From Bacteroidia bacterium (GTDB lineage: Bacteria > Bacteroidota > Bacteroidia > Flavobacteriales > Flavobacteriaceae): 54,589 bases of DNA. Location of the stretch: positions 1 to 54,589 of the forward strand of contig JAHHLF010000141.1 in NCBI GenBank assembly GCA_018679315.1. The letters are read 5' to 3'. Positions 10,796-21,800 of the stretch are shown piece by piece. The notes under the pieces were generated by a model that did not search any database, was not told the DNA's origin, and saw nothing but the letters and a program-made list of their open reading frames with translations. How positions within the stretch are numbered: position 1 is the stretch's first letter; each line of letters starts with the position of its first letter. The position numbers and the translations under genes were made by a program.

Positions 10796-10996
10796 TTAGT
10801 TTACTTCAAAAGTGATCTTAACGTTTACTCGATAATCATCAACTTCCCCATCTTTAACCGTCGCGCTTTGCTCATTTACATATACTGAACGGATATTCTT
10901 GACGGATTTTGAGGCATGTTTTACTGCCTTTGACGTTGCATCTTCCCAGCTCTTTTCAGAGTTGGCAAGAACTTCTATAACTTTTAATACTGCCAT
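10796..10996 (-). CDS. Dodecin family protein
   Basis: 66 aa, 'KVIEVLANSEKSWEDA...A..SVKNIR', 'YRVNVKITF'. Confidence 0.9.
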   Translation of the reverse strand: MAVLKVIEVLANSEKSWEDATSKAVKHASKSVKNIRSVYVNEQSATVKDGEVDDYRVNVKITFEVN

Positions 10997-11068
10997 AATG
11001 GTCTATGTTTTACGAATTATCCTTAAAGAAACGAAGAAAAGGAGTAATTACCAAGATAATGCAGGCCT

Positions 11069-11959
11069 TTAACCGTTCATCGCAAAAACTTCTTCTACTT
11101 TGTCGCCAAGCATATTTTTGAGCATCTGTTCTATCCCATTTTTTAAGGTATATGTAGAGGATGGGCATCCGCTGCAGGCTCCTTGTAATATCACACTAAC
11201 AACCTTAGAGTCAGGATTATAAGATTGAAATAGTATATTTCCTCCATCCATAGCTACAGCCGGTTTTACGTATTGCTCAAGAATGGTGATGATCTCTTGT
11301 GAAGTATCGTCAAGTTCACTGGTATTTTCGGGTGCAGTGACCGCTTGCACCGGTGTAGCTGTATCGCTGACAACTATCCCGCCATTGGTAATATAATCTC
11401 TGATAAATTCCCTCAAATCCATTGTTATTTCATCCCACTCGGCACTTTCATTTTTTGATACGGAGACGTAATTCTCATCCAAAAATACCTGGGAAACAAA
11501 GGATTTCTCAAAAAGTACTTCGGCTAATCCTGTTTGGGCGGCTTCTTCCATTGATTTAAACTCATACATCTGGTCTACAAGCCTTTTATTCGCCACAAAC
11601 TTCATCACGGCCGGATTAGGTGTAACTTCCGCGTATAAAGTGATGGCTTTCATAGAGTTAGATTCAGTTTCACTAAGAATAGCACCCCCGGCGTTTAAAT
11701 ATTCGACTACTTGTTGTGCAACTTCATCCTTAACATCATCCCATTCTACAATGGAAAAGCGTTCCAGGATCAAGGCTTCGGGCAGTATTTGAACCGATTT
11801 AATAAAAGGGAGGTAGAATAGTTGCTGTGCCAGGGGAGAAGCCTTGGCCTCATCTATATTCGTATAAGTGTGATTCTCCTTCGACAGCGGCTGATTTACA
11901 TGAAATTTCAGAAGACTTGGTTCCGACATTGCCTCCAGGCGGATAACGTACTCGCTCAT
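11069..11959 (-). CDS. NifU/Nfu Fe-S scaffold protein with two Nfu-N domains
   Basis: C-terminal 'VKPAVAMDGGNI', 'LQGACSGCPSS' CxxC; two 'TPNP..KF'-type N domains; TATTTTTG -7 motif at 11975-11982 (minus). Confidence 0.92.
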   Translation of the reverse strand: MSEYVIRLEAMSEPSLLKFHVNQPLSKENHTYTNIDEAKASPLAQQLFYLPFIKSVQILPEALILERFSIVEWDDVKDEVAQQVVEYLNAGGAILSETESNSMKAITLYAEVTPNPAVMKFVANKRLVDQMYEFKSMEEAAQTGLAEVLFEKSFVSQVFLDENYVSVSKNESAEWDEITMDLREFIRDYITNGGIVVSDTATPVQAVTAPENTSELDDTSQEIITILEQYVKPAVAMDGGNILFQSYNPDSKVVSVILQGACSGCPSSTYTLKNGIEQMLKNMLGDKVEEVFAMNG

Positions 11960-12077
11960 AGCTTATATTTTGGTCAAAAATACGATCTATTTACCACTTG
12001 TCATAGACATAATAATGTCTGCATTCACCCGTTATAGTTTATATTTGACCAAAGCCATGCAGATCTGCATCCCTTCA

Positions 12078-13079
12078 ATGAAAAACCTTTCCCTGGCCTT
12101 TGTTTTTTGTTTTTTATCCTGGCAAACTGCACATTCTCAGGAAGGTATACCCGTATATTTTGATTATCTCTCAGACAATTACTACCTGGTGCACCCGTCT
12201 ATGGCGGGTATCGGTGAAGGTGGTAAGATCCGACTTACAGCCAGAAAGCAGTGGTTTGATGTGGATGAGGCTCCTAATCTTCAGACGATTAATTTCCATT
12301 ACAGGGTTGCTGATAAACCCAGTGGTCTTGGAGCGATCATTTTTAATGATGCCAATGGGTATCACTCACAAACAGGTCTAAAAGTTACCTATGCACATCA
12401 TTTGAGATTTGGGTCGGATGCCAGATTTTTAAATCAATTGTCATTCGGTTTAAGTACCGGGTTTATACAAAGCAGCCTGGATGAAACCGAATTCCGTTCG
12501 GTGATCCCAGATCCTATAGTGACCGGCGTTAAAACGAGCGTAGGCTATTTCAACGTAGACTTTGGAATGTCCTATAACTACCTGGAATTCTATGCACACG
12601 CTACCGTATTAAATGGATTGGGGAGTGGACGAGACCTGTATACGGCAATTGAATTTGACAATTTGAGGCGCTATGTCATGCAAACGGGCTATTATTTTGG
12701 GCGGGGTGATTGGCGGATCGAACCTTCGGTCTTGTTTCAATTCACTGAATTCACCAGGGAAAAAACGATCGACTTTAATGCCAAAGTGTACAGGAGGATG
12801 GACTTCGGTACAATTTGGGGCGGACTCTCATTCCGACGAGGATTTGATGGCGCCCAGTTTTTGGCAAACGGTCAATTCGGGGAACAACGCCTGCAGCTTT
12901 TTACGCCTATAGCCGGTGTTAATTTGAAGAATTGGATGTTTTCCTATAATTATTCGTACCAGTCTGGCGATATTCGCCTGGATAGTGGTGGATTTCACCA
13001 GATCACTATTGGATATGAATTTGGACAAACAGATAGTGATTCCCGTTTAGATTGTTTCTGTCCGGCTGCCAATTACTAA
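12078..13079 (+). CDS. T9SS membrane protein PorP/SprF family
   Basis: Signal peptide from ATG 12078, 'HPSMAG', 'RKQW...APNLQT', 'YAHHL', beta-barrel pattern; TATATTTG at 12040-12047. Confidence 0.88.
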   Translation: MKNLSLAFVFCFLSWQTAHSQEGIPVYFDYLSDNYYLVHPSMAGIGEGGKIRLTARKQWFDVDEAPNLQTINFHYRVADKPSGLGAIIFNDANGYHSQTGLKVTYAHHLRFGSDARFLNQLSFGLSTGFIQSSLDETEFRSVIPDPIVTGVKTSVGYFNVDFGMSYNYLEFYAHATVLNGLGSGRDLYTAIEFDNLRRYVMQTGYYFGRGDWRIEPSVLFQFTEFTREKTIDFNAKVYRRMDFGTIWGGLSFRRGFDGAQFLANGQFGEQRLQLFTPIAGVNLKNWMFSYNYSYQSGDIRLDSGGFHQITIGYEFGQTDSDSRLDCFCPAANY

Positions 13080-13113
13080 AAAAAGGCCCATCCCTGTATC
13101 AGAATAGGCCTTT
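13078..13113 (-). terminator. Intrinsic terminator between convergent PorP and vWA genes
   Basis: Minus strand AGGCCTATTCTG..CAGGGATGGGCCT-TTTTTT stem with G-U pairs. Confidence 0.6.
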
Positions 13114-13130
13114 CTTCAAGTAATCCTTTT

Positions 13131-14294
13131 TTACTTATCCCATGTATAGTTTTTCTTTGAAGCCTGTCTCTTTATGGCATTTAACATGGCGTTTTCCAAT
13201 TCACCTTTTTGTTGGTCCTGCTGCTCAGCAATATATACCTTGCGTTTAGAATTAAGCTCTTGAATTTTTTTCTGAATTTCAGAACGGTCCTTCTTCTTTT
13301 CCTTGATATACGCTTCAAGTTGCGCTTCACTTTTTTGCCTGAGTGCCGGGGGTAATCCTTCTTTGTCAATTTTTCCCAGATCAAAATCGCGTTCTGCTGA
13401 AGCGTCTACAAGATCCCAGCTGGAATTATTGTACAATCTGGAACTTTTGCTCACTGCTCGTTTTACCGCCACCGCTTCTTCCATTTCCATTGCATTATCG
13501 TCCTGGGCTACCTGAGCAGCACTCTTATATGCCCCTCTCGCTCCATACGCGATATAGGTCTTGTTCAATTTGGCATTCAGCTTGATAATGATATCATCAT
13601 ATGGAGTCGTGATTTGAACTACATGTTTATTGTGATCAATGGCCATATATTCCCCGCCTGTCATCAAGGCACCTTTCTGCCATTGTGTTTGAATACCCTG
13701 GTGGTAATCCCCACAGAAAATAGTATTTACAACAACATCCTTTTCCTTGGCCTGACTGGCCGCATCGCGGTAGTCCAGTTTACCCTGAGTGAAAGGTTCA
13801 TTCCCGGCAATAAAGATCATCTTCAGATCATCGGGATTTGATCCCCAATCCAATTGACGTAAGGAAGTATGGATCACCTGACCACAGTATTCCTCGCCTC
13901 CATTGGTGCTTAAAGAAAAGAGTCGCTCTGAAATTTTATCAAGATCACTACTGAATCCGATTACCTGTTGGATATATCCTTCACGGGAAGAAAGATTGTC
14001 GTTCCCATATTGGTAGAGAGCGATCTCGAGCCTGGGTCGTTCATGATTACCACACCTGGCATAGGTAAATTCATTTACAATATCCCATAATTGTGCTTTG
14101 GCCTGATTGATGAGTCCGTCCATACTGTTACTCGTATCTAAGAGCAATGCGATCCGTACACGTTGTTTAGACATTTTTAAATGCGTAAGCTCACTACTTT
14201 TTAAAGGTTGTACCTCATAATCGGGAGCCCATGACCCCATCACAAAAAGTAACATACTAAGTGAGAGAAATTGGCTTGTTCTTTTGAGTTTCAT
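13131..14294 (-). CDS. Secreted von Willebrand factor A (vWA) domain protein
   Basis: Signal-peptide-like N-terminus from ATG 14294, MIDAS 'IALLLDTSNSM', 'IFIAGNE', helical C-terminus. Confidence 0.85.
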   Translation of the reverse strand: MKLKRTSQFLSLSMLLFVMGSWAPDYEVQPLKSSELTHLKMSKQRVRIALLLDTSNSMDGLINQAKAQLWDIVNEFTYARCGNHERPRLEIALYQYGNDNLSSREGYIQQVIGFSSDLDKISERLFSLSTNGGEEYCGQVIHTSLRQLDWGSNPDDLKMIFIAGNEPFTQGKLDYRDAASQAKEKDVVVNTIFCGDYHQGIQTQWQKGALMTGGEYMAIDHNKHVVQITTPYDDIIIKLNAKLNKTYIAYGARGAYKSAAQVAQDDNAMEMEEAVAVKRAVSKSSRLYNNSSWDLVDASAERDFDLGKIDKEGLPPALRQKSEAQLEAYIKEKKKDRSEIQKKIQELNSKRKVYIAEQQDQQKGELENAMLNAIKRQASKKNYTWDK

Positions 14295-14358
14295 AACTGA
14301 TTTTTTAATGATTAACAGGATAAAGCTAAGGCGATAAAACATCGCAAAAAACCGCCAA

Positions 14359-14387
14359 TGAGGGAAGTGGCCGTTTCATTGAGGGAA
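14359..14387. promoter_or_regulatory. Candidate LytTR-binding direct repeat
   Basis: TGAGGGAA at 14359 and 14380 (21-bp period), just upstream of the vWA -7-like motif TAGCTTTA (14321-14328, minus). Confidence 0.6.
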
Positions 14388-14501
14388 TGGACCCAACCGG
14401 CTCGTAAAGGCCTGTTTTTGGGCATTTTCAGGCTCCTTTTTGAATGTATACCGTTTTTTAGTACGGCATAAATGCCCTAAGTTTATACTGATTTTGTACC
14501 G

Positions 14502-16484
14502 ATGAAAAAGAATTGGATCATAGTATGTATTGGAGTTTTATTCGTGTCTACCGCATGGGGTCAGGAGGAACGCACGGCTGCCAAAAAAAGACCGGTGGTT
14601 GCAGCAGACCAGGCTTTGGAAACTGATGCACGACAGTGGTCTCATTCCGAACTCCTGGATTCGGCGCGGGTGTTTCAGGAAACAAATATTGAAAAGAGCA
14701 TAGACTATGTAGCCCGCTCACTAACCCAATTGGGAAGAGCTGCTTCCCAGGATGAACAAGCTTCCTCTTTTGCGTTGCTCGGCGATGTATATAAATATCA
14801 CGGTCAGTATGATCTGGCCATCGCTAATTACACTAATGCCTTACGTTCTTCAGAGGACCTCAATGTGTTATTGTCCTTAGGTCGGACCTATTTGATCACA
14901 GGAGATTATGAACAAGCCCGGACCAATTTTCTTCGGGGATTGGAAATGGGCTCACGTGTTCCCTACCGCCAAATTCAGCTTTACGAAGGGCTGGGAGACG
15001 CATATAAGGCAGAGGGGAATAAATCGGCTGCCTTAGAAGCCTATGAAAAAGGGTTGGCACTGGCAGTACAGAATAATATCACTCCAAAGCAGGCCGACTT
15101 AAATTCCAGGAAGGCAGATCTGTATGCAGACTATAATGAGCCTGCAAAGGCGGAAGAACTTTATGACAGTTCTTTACAATTGGCTTCGGAGGAATCTCCT
15201 CAGCGTAGTGTTCGCGAGAAGGAGAAGGTAGCTGATTTCTATAATAAGAACCAGAATTTTGATGAGGAGATCAAGCTTAGAAAAGAAAGCCTTGATGACA
15301 TTAAGCAGTTGCCACCATCTGCACAAAATGAAGCTGGCGTTCCCATGGATGCACAGGTGAGTTCTCAGGCAATTAATTATAAGATCGCCAATGCGTATAT
15401 CGCCCAGGAAAAAGATGCAGAGGCAATTCCATTTTTGGAAGAAAGCATTGAAACGGCCGAGAGCGAAGATGATCTGGAGATTCAAAAAGATGCCACGCGT
15501 AAACTTTCTGAGGTATACGGCAGGCAGGGGGAATTCACTAAAGCACTTGAAACCTACCAGACCTATGTAGCCGTTGTAGACACCTTGTATAAAAGAAAGG
15601 AAGAAGAGATCGCCAGTGCCCAACGATTAACCAGTCAGATCCTTGCCCAGCAAGGGCGAATTACCGGATTAGAGCAGGAAAGGGAGCTTTCTATGAGCAA
15701 ATATGATCTGGCAGTGACACAGCAACAACTGGTGGAAGAAACAAATAAGCGACAACAATGGCTTATTTACTCCCTCTTATTTGGGTTGATCTTAATGGCC
15801 TTGGCAGCTTTCTTTTTTTACCGGGCAAATCGCCAGCAACAATTTGCCAATAATTTGCTGGCCCTGAGATCGCTTCGGACACAAATGAACCCGCATTTTA
15901 TTTTTAATGCACTGAATTCCGTAAATAATTATATCGCCAAGAACGATGAACGAAGTGCGAATAAGTATTTAAGTGATTTCTCTGCCCTAATGCGCTCCGT
16001 CCTGGAGAACTCAGAAGAGGATTTTATTCCCTTACAAAAAGAAATAGAACTACTAAAGCTATACCTGGAATTAGAACACAGTCGCTTCCCCGATAAATTT
16101 GATTATAAAGTTGATATTGATCCAAAGATCGATATAGAATCTTTTCAGATCCCGCCCATGCTTTTGCAACCTTACATTGAGAATGCCATTTGGCACGGAT
16201 TGCGATACAAGGAAGAGAAGGGATACTTAAAGGTGCAAATGATCAACCTGGATTCTGCCAATATTGAGATCCGGATCGAAGACAATGGTATTGGCAGAAA
16301 ACGTTCCGTCGCTTTAAAGACAGAACACCAGAATAAGAAAATATCTAAAGGTATGAGCACGACTAAAAAAAGGGTAGCCATACTCAATAAGATGTATGAT
16401 GATAAAGTAGATATCAGTATTGATGATCTGAAAAAGGACGAAACAGGTACGGTTGTTGTACTTCGGATAAAAAAAGATCGATGA
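14502..16484 (+). CDS. TPR-repeat sensor histidine kinase (LytS/His_kinase family)
   Basis: Signal peptide, TPR helices, TM, 'LRTQMNPHFIFNALNS', 'LQPYIENAIWHG', 'IEDNGIGR'. Confidence 0.93.
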   Translation: MKKNWIIVCIGVLFVSTAWGQEERTAAKKRPVVAADQALETDARQWSHSELLDSARVFQETNIEKSIDYVARSLTQLGRAASQDEQASSFALLGDVYKYHGQYDLAIANYTNALRSSEDLNVLLSLGRTYLITGDYEQARTNFLRGLEMGSRVPYRQIQLYEGLGDAYKAEGNKSAALEAYEKGLALAVQNNITPKQADLNSRKADLYADYNEPAKAEELYDSSLQLASEESPQRSVREKEKVADFYNKNQNFDEEIKLRKESLDDIKQLPPSAQNEAGVPMDAQVSSQAINYKIANAYIAQEKDAEAIPFLEESIETAESEDDLEIQKDATRKLSEVYGRQGEFTKALETYQTYVAVVDTLYKRKEEEIASAQRLTSQILAQQGRITGLEQERELSMSKYDLAVTQQQLVEETNKRQQWLIYSLLFGLILMALAAFFFYRANRQQQFANNLLALRSLRTQMNPHFIFNALNSVNNYIAKNDERSANKYLSDFSALMRSVLENSEEDFIPLQKEIELLKLYLELEHSRFPDKFDYKVDIDPKIDIESFQIPPMLLQPYIENAIWHGLRYKEEKGYLKVQMINLDSANIEIRIEDNGIGRKRSVALKTEHQNKKISKGMSTTKKRVAILNKMYDDKVDISIDDLKKDETGTVVVLRIKKDR

Positions 16485-17212
16485 AATTAAGAGCAATACT
16501 CATAGAAGACGAGGCTAACAGCCGGGAAATATTGCGGAATTACCTGTCAAAATATTGTCCTGATGTGGGCTTGTTAGGTGAGGCATCCTCTATTCAGGAA
16601 GGGTTGACTTTGATTGATGTGCATGATCCTGACCTGGTATTCCTGGATGTAGAAATGCCATTTGGTAATGCCTTTGACTTGTTGGATCAATTACCAGAGC
16701 GGTCATTTGAAACAGTTTTTGTGACTGCATATGATCATTATGCAAAGGATGCACTAAACAATCAGGCGGCCTATTACCTGACCAAGCCAATTTCTATTGA
16801 AGAATTGATCAAGGCTGTGGCACTTGTGAAGGAAATACGTGAAAAGGAAAGTGTACTACATGACACGGTTTTACCCGCCACAATAACACAAGTACAAGGA
16901 AAACTTACCTTACCCCAATTGGATGGATTTATCGTTTTAAATACGAATGAAATCCTTTATTGTAAAGCAGATGACAATTATACTGAGATCTTTCTTGCTG
17001 AAAAGAAACATCTTGCAAGTAAGACACTGCGATATTTTGAAGAAGCTCTTGAGGCCTATCCCTTCGCCAGGATACATAAATCTTTTCTGGTCAATGTCAA
17101 TGAGATAGTAAAATACCACAGGGGAAAAGGAGGGAGTGTCGTACTGTCTAATGGGAAGGAGATCCAGGTTGCTGCTTCGAGAAAAAAGGAATTGCTATCT
17201 TACTTTCAATAA
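16481..17212 (+). CDS. LytR/AlgR family response regulator
   Basis: Receiver 'LVFLDVEMP', 'VTAYD', 'YLTKP'; LytTR 'FARIHKSFLVN'; ATGA overlap with kinase. Confidence 0.95.
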   Translation: MKLRAILIEDEANSREILRNYLSKYCPDVGLLGEASSIQEGLTLIDVHDPDLVFLDVEMPFGNAFDLLDQLPERSFETVFVTAYDHYAKDALNNQAAYYLTKPISIEELIKAVALVKEIREKESVLHDTVLPATITQVQGKLTLPQLDGFIVLNTNEILYCKADDNYTEIFLAEKKHLASKTLRYFEEALEAYPFARIHKSFLVNVNEIVKYHRGKGGSVVLSNGKEIQVAASRKKELLSYFQ

Positions 17213-17237
17213 TCCAGACTTACAAGTTTAAAGACAT

Positions 17238-17744
17238 ATGATAATAGCGGTAAGAGGGATCACTCCGGTGATCGGGACGGATTGCTTTATAGCCGAGAAC
17301 GCCACAATAGCCGGCGAGGTTGTTATGGGTGATCAATGTAGTATATGGTTTAACGCCGTTATCCGAGGCGATGTACATTATATTAAAATGGGAAATAAAG
17401 TAAATGTGCAGGATGGCGCTGTGATCCATTGTACGTACCAAACCTCACCTACAGAGATCGGGAATAATGTATCTATCGGCCATAATGCCATTGTACACGG
17501 TTGTACATTACATGATGATGTTCTTGTAGGTATGGGGAGTATTATCATGGACGATTGTGTGGTAGAAAGCAATTGTATTATTGCGGCAGGTGCTGTGCTT
17601 ACTAAGGGAACACATGTTCCGGCAGGCAGTGTGTACGCAGGTATGCCTGCTCGCAAAATAAAAGATATAGACCCCACGCTCAGTGATGGGGAGATCAAAC
17701 GAATTGCCAATAATTATATCCTCTATTCCAGTTGGTTTAAATAG
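17238..17744 (+). CDS. Gamma carbonic anhydrase-like (YrdA/CaiE) hexapeptide protein
   Basis: 'IRGDVH.I..G..VNVQDGAVIH', 'IGHNAIVHGC'. Confidence 0.92.
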   Translation: MIIAVRGITPVIGTDCFIAENATIAGEVVMGDQCSIWFNAVIRGDVHYIKMGNKVNVQDGAVIHCTYQTSPTEIGNNVSIGHNAIVHGCTLHDDVLVGMGSIIMDDCVVESNCIIAAGAVLTKGTHVPAGSVYAGMPARKIKDIDPTLSDGEIKRIANNYILYSSWFK

Positions 17745-17826
17745 GAGAACATATCAATTCGGGCATCTGCAGATAGGATGGAATACTGGGTAGATTTCCA
17801 TATTTTTGCCGCTTAAATCACAATAA

Positions 17827-18708
17827 ATGAAAGCATATATATTTCCCGGGCAGGGAGCTCAATTTTCGGGGATGGGCCTTGATCTTTATGAGGGCTACGA
17901 ATTAGCTCAGCAGCGATTTGAAGAAGCCAATGAAATTTTGGGCTTTTCAATAACCGATGTTATGTTCGAAGGAAACCCTGAAGATCTCAAGCAGACTAAA
18001 GTTACCCAGCCGGCGATTTTTTTGCACTCTGTAATAATGTCTGAGGTAATGGGCGATTCGTTCAAACCTGCAATGGTAGCCGGCCACTCCCTGGGAGAAT
18101 TTTCTGCCTTGGTAGCGAACAAGACGCTTGGCTTTGAAGATGGATTGAAATTAGTCTCTAAAAGGGCCATGGCAATGCAGCGGGCATGTGAAGCTCAGGA
18201 AAGCACCATGGCAGCTGTACTAGGTCTGGAGGATGAGGTTGTGGAAAAGATATGCGAAGATACGGCGGGCATTGTCGTCCCTGCAAATTATAATTGTCCG
18301 GGACAACTCGTTATATCGGGAGAACTGGAAGCTGTGAACGCAGCCTGTGAAAAAATGAAGGAAGCAGGCGCAAGAAGAGCCCTTTTGCTGCCTGTTGGGG
18401 GAGCTTTTCACTCTCCCTTGATGGAGCCTGCAGCTGCGGAACTTGCCGAAGCTATTGAAGGTGTTACCTTTGCTTCACCTATATGCCCTGTCTATCAAAA
18501 TGTACCCACTACGGCGATACTTGATCCCGAAGCCATCAAAGCTAACATGATCGCTCAATTGACTGCACCTGTAAAATGGACACAAAGTGTCGAAAATATG
18601 GTCATGGATGGGGCTCGTACATTCATAGAAGTAGGTCCAGGAAAGGTTCTGCAAGGTTTGGTGAGAAAAATAGATAGTTCTGCCGAATTTGATGTTGCAT
18701 TAATCTAA
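17827..18708 (+). CDS. fabD: Malonyl-CoA-ACP transacylase
   Basis: 'FPGQGAQ', 'AGHSLGE', 'GGAFHS', 'EVGPGKVL'; TATTTTTG at 17801-17808. Confidence 0.97.
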   Translation: MKAYIFPGQGAQFSGMGLDLYEGYELAQQRFEEANEILGFSITDVMFEGNPEDLKQTKVTQPAIFLHSVIMSEVMGDSFKPAMVAGHSLGEFSALVANKTLGFEDGLKLVSKRAMAMQRACEAQESTMAAVLGLEDEVVEKICEDTAGIVVPANYNCPGQLVISGELEAVNAACEKMKEAGARRALLLPVGGAFHSPLMEPAAAELAEAIEGVTFASPICPVYQNVPTTAILDPEAIKANMIAQLTAPVKWTQSVENMVMDGARTFIEVGPGKVLQGLVRKIDSSAEFDVALI

Positions 18709-18878
18709 TAATCAGTCTTTTATGGGTAGAATGCGCATTTTATCTGAATTATTGAGTTTTACACCATTTTATTAGCTTATGGAACTGTTTTTTCTTATCA
18801 TTGATGTCCTGATACCATCGGCTACCAACCTAGAATACACATGAAAAAATTCAACACAAAATGAATTTCATGTAGCCT

Positions 18879-21800
18879 ATGAGCTTAAAGCACCAAACAT
18901 ACCTAGCTGGAAAATACTCCCGAGTCGTTAGAAAAGCATTGTTCATATTGATCCTGCTTACTTTGTCGGTCGAAACTACCGCACAAGTAACCGTGCAGTT
19001 TACTTCGGCTACATATTCTGATCCTGAAAATGTGGGCGGTAATGTCCCCTCCTTATCCGTAATAGGTACTGTGCCTCTTGGATTCACCGCTACCTTTGAA
19101 GTTACTGATCTTCTCTCAGGAACTGGAACAAGTGGTACGGATTATATATACTCCGTTCCTGTACAAACGATTAGTCTACCTACCGGAACTTATTTCCCTG
19201 GATTCCAGATTCCATTGACCGCACAGACTGATTTTGCCATAAATGGAGATCTTACAGTTGAATCGGACGAAACGATTGATTTCGACCTTTCTACAACAAG
19301 TCCGCTTGTTTCTTTTGGACCTAATACTGCTGCCACGTATTTCATTCTGAATGATGATTCGGCTACTCTTACCATAACCAATCAGACTGTTGCCGAGGAT
19401 GTGGCTGCAGGGCAGATGGTCTTTACAGTCACTCTGGATAATGCCGTCGACGGCGGCACCGACGTGGATTATACATTTATCGACGGTAGTGCAACTAATG
19501 GCGATGATTATACAGGTACGCCGGACACATTGAGTTTTAACGGGACAATAGGTGAGACGGAAACCATTGTAGTACCGATCAATAATGATGCTATTGTTGA
19601 AGTCGATGAAACCTTTACTGTTGCATTAGGAATACCGACAAATAGTGCGGTTAGTGTAATTGGATCACCGGCAACGGGAACGATCACGAATGATGACAGT
19701 GCAACACTGACCATTGCCAATCAGACGGTGGCGGAAGATCTTGCAGCCGGGCAGATGGTCTTTACGGTTACGCTGAACAACGAAGTTGAAGGAGGTACCG
19801 ATGTCAATTATACATTTATCGACGGCAGTGCAACTAACGGCGATGATTATTCAGGCACGCCGGACACATTGAGTTTTAATGGGACAATAGGTGAGACGGA
19901 AACCATTCTAGTACCGATCAATAATGATGCTATTGTTGAAGTCGATGAAACCTTTACAGTCGCATTAGGAGCACCGACAGTTAGTGGAGTCAGTGTCATC
20001 GGGTCGCCGGCAACGGGAACGATCACCAATGATGACAGTGCTACATTGACCATTACTGATCAGACGGTTGCCGAGGATGTTGCAGGTGGGCAGATGGTCT
20101 TTACGGTCACGCTGGACAACGCAGTAGAAGGAGGCACCGATGTGAATTATACATTTACCGACGGCAGTGCAACAAACGGCGATGATTATACGGGTACACC
20201 GGACACCTTAAGTTTTGATGGGACGATAGGTGAGACGGAAACCATAATAGTACCGATCACTAATGACGCTTTGGTTGAAGGAGATGAGACCTTTACGGTA
20301 GCACTAGGAGCGCCGACAAATGGTGGGGTTAGTGTAATTGGATCGCCTGCGACGGGCACAATCACGAATGATGACAGCGCTACATTGACCATTACAGATG
20401 AGACAGAACTTGAAGATATTGCCGGTAACACAATGACCTTTACGGTGACTTTAGACAATGATACACCCGGCGGCACCCAGGTCTCATTTTCATTCACAGA
20501 TGGTACAGCGACCTTTGGGGATGATTATACTGGTTCGGCCAGCACACCCCTTGTTTTTGCAGGTAATGCAGGGGAAACAGCGACGATCCCGATCACACTT
20601 GTTGATGATGCTCTTATCGAGATCGATGAGACCTTTTTCGTGCAATTGGGCACGCCGACGAATGGCGTTTTATTGGCTGGTGGTGGCACAGGAACAGGAA
20701 CTATTCTCAATGATGATGATTGTGGTGGCGGAACAACGGCCCCTGAATTAAATACAGATATTCCAGCGACTTTTTGTGATGTAATAACGGAAAGTCTTAA
20801 TAATTTTGTCATAAATGCACCACCCGCGGGGACGTCCCTGATTTGGAGCATCAATCCAGATCCTCTGGAGACCAGCGGGCATTTAACACCAGCACAGGTT
20901 AATGATCCCAACCCGGGTACATATTATGGTTTTTTCTACGATTCTTTGAACAATTGTGCAAGCCCTACCCTGGAAATTACATTATCGGTAAATAATACAC
21001 CTCAGATAACAAGTACTACCTCGGACACACGATGCGGAGAAGGGGAGGTAACCCTGACAGTAGATGGGTTTATACCAGATTCGGCTACATCTCCTAATTA
21101 TGCCTGGTATGCCTCCCAGACCAGCTCAGATGTTATATCGAACCTGGCCGTATTTACACCAACAATTTTAGCCACTACGACCTTTTGGGTAGAAGCAACG
21201 GCCAATGGATGTACTTCGGAACGAGAAGGTGTTACAGCAACGGTAATACCCCCGGTCTCGGCAGGAACACCAATTGACGGTTCTGCTTGTAGTGTCGAGG
21301 CCAATGGACCTACTACGATTGATCTTGATGATCAGTTAACTGGGGCTGATGCTGGCGAGTGGACCCTCACAACCGATCCTTCTGGAAGCCTGACAATAAA
21401 TCCCAACAATAATGTTGTGAATTTTGAAGGAAGACCAGATGGAGTCTATGTATTTACGTTTACAACTACCGGAGCTGTTGCACCCTGCGTTAACGAATCT
21501 GCGGAAGTTTCGATTCTAGTTAATGATTGCGATGTTGATACCGATGGGGACGGCCTTTTTGATGGAGAAGAAGCAACCCTGGGCACAAATCCACTGGAAC
21601 AGGATACTGATGAAGACGGAATTGATGATTTTACAGAAGTTGGCCCGGATATTAACAATCCGCTGGATGAAGATAATGATGGTATTATAAATGCACTAGA
21701 TTCTAATGTCCTGGATTCTGATAATGATGGTGTCAACGACCAACAAGATCCCGGAAATTTGAATCCATGTATTCCTGATAATTTGAATGCTCTATGTGAT

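Noticed and set aside
11069..11959. Duplicated Nfu-N domains as a novelty
   Set aside because: This architecture is the usual Flavobacteriaceae NifU form as far as I know
19350..20708. Repeats as DGR template/variable repeat or mobile element
   Set aside because: In-frame 339-bp domain repeats, differences not adenine-specific, no reverse transcriptase
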